Shown piece after piece: positions 63,546-64,000 of a stretch of DNA of 64,000 bases (position 1 is its first letter; each line of letters opens with the position of its first letter). Source of the stretch: Selaginella moellendorffii (taxonomy: Eukaryota; Plantae; Lycopodiophyta). Both the position numbers and the translations under genes were made by a program. The notes under the pieces are model-generated. The model searched no databases and was not told the origin of the DNA. It saw nothing but the letters and a program-made list of their open reading frames with translations. Where the stretch lies: contig NW_003314423.1 of assembly GCF_000143415.4 (NCBI RefSeq), positions 158,256 through 222,255 of the forward strand, written 5' to 3'.

Positions 63546-64000
63546 TGTAGCGCATGTGATTATGGGATGAGATTTAGATATACTGTCACCGTGGATCCTT
63601 GGAACTTTAGGGGATAAATGGGGATAAAATAGCCACTAAGGGCTCTCTCATCAAGCAATTCCCCCTTTTCCAATTGTCTTAAGAGGAGAGAGATAAGGTG
63701 TGCTATAGTTGGTATCGGAGCAAATGGCACGAGTTCGATTCCCATTGATTAGTGGCTACTTAAAAATATAATATTGAGTAAGGTATATTCCTACCCCTAA
63801 ATTTGAAATCGTACATATTGGGCATCCATCGCGTACATCCTTCCTCTTGTGTGGAGTATCCACGAACGAAAGTATCCACTGTGGGACTGTGGTACGGGTG
63901 GATAACTAGTTGCCTCACATGGAATAACTAATCTATACAATGGAAGGATTGGTAGATTTAGTGCAGAAATGGAGAGGTGCTAGTTCCTCTTGGCTTGGTA
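63546..64000 (+). mobile_element. element of the 162-bp LTR family: 5' LTR 63546-63707, PBS and start of internal region
   Basis: LTR followed by TGGTATCGGAGC (iMet PBS) at 63710-63721. Confidence 0.85.

Overview
This window is eukaryotic land-plant DNA made up entirely of nested transposable elements, with several N gaps and no recognisable host housekeeping gene. The 47-60 nt GT-AG introns, TTTAGGG motifs and a chromodomain Ty3/gypsy element suggest a lycophyte such as Selaginella (inference). It holds three copies of a ~11.7 kb Mutator-like (MULE) DNA transposon: 1-6666, 13461-25160 (8-bp TSD) and 34574-61045 (rearranged). The family carries unusual cargo: a spliced ParB-like + beta-class N4/N6 DNA-methyltransferase-like gene, small zf-XS (SGS3/IDN2-type) zinc-finger genes and a short 'SPYYTPG' peptide gene. 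A ~13.2 kb Sola1-like DDD transposon (24-bp terminal repeats, TGAG TSD) sits inside the third MULE. It carries its own divergent ParB-like + degenerate MTase-like gene, an FCP1-like HAD region, the same SPYYTPG peptide, and about 20 copies of a 22-bp palindrome (ATGGCRTG-N6-CAYGCCAT) in introns and intergenic DNA. A ~15.7 kb inversion (41088-56744) scrambles the nested pair; flipping it restores both elements. The rest is degenerate Ty3/gypsy elements and solo LTRs. All domain assignments come from motifs recognised by eye, not from database searches. The best candidate for a new system is a transposon-borne ParB-MTase / palindromic-site / zf-XS module shared by two DNA-transposon superfamilies, possibly for anti-silencing.
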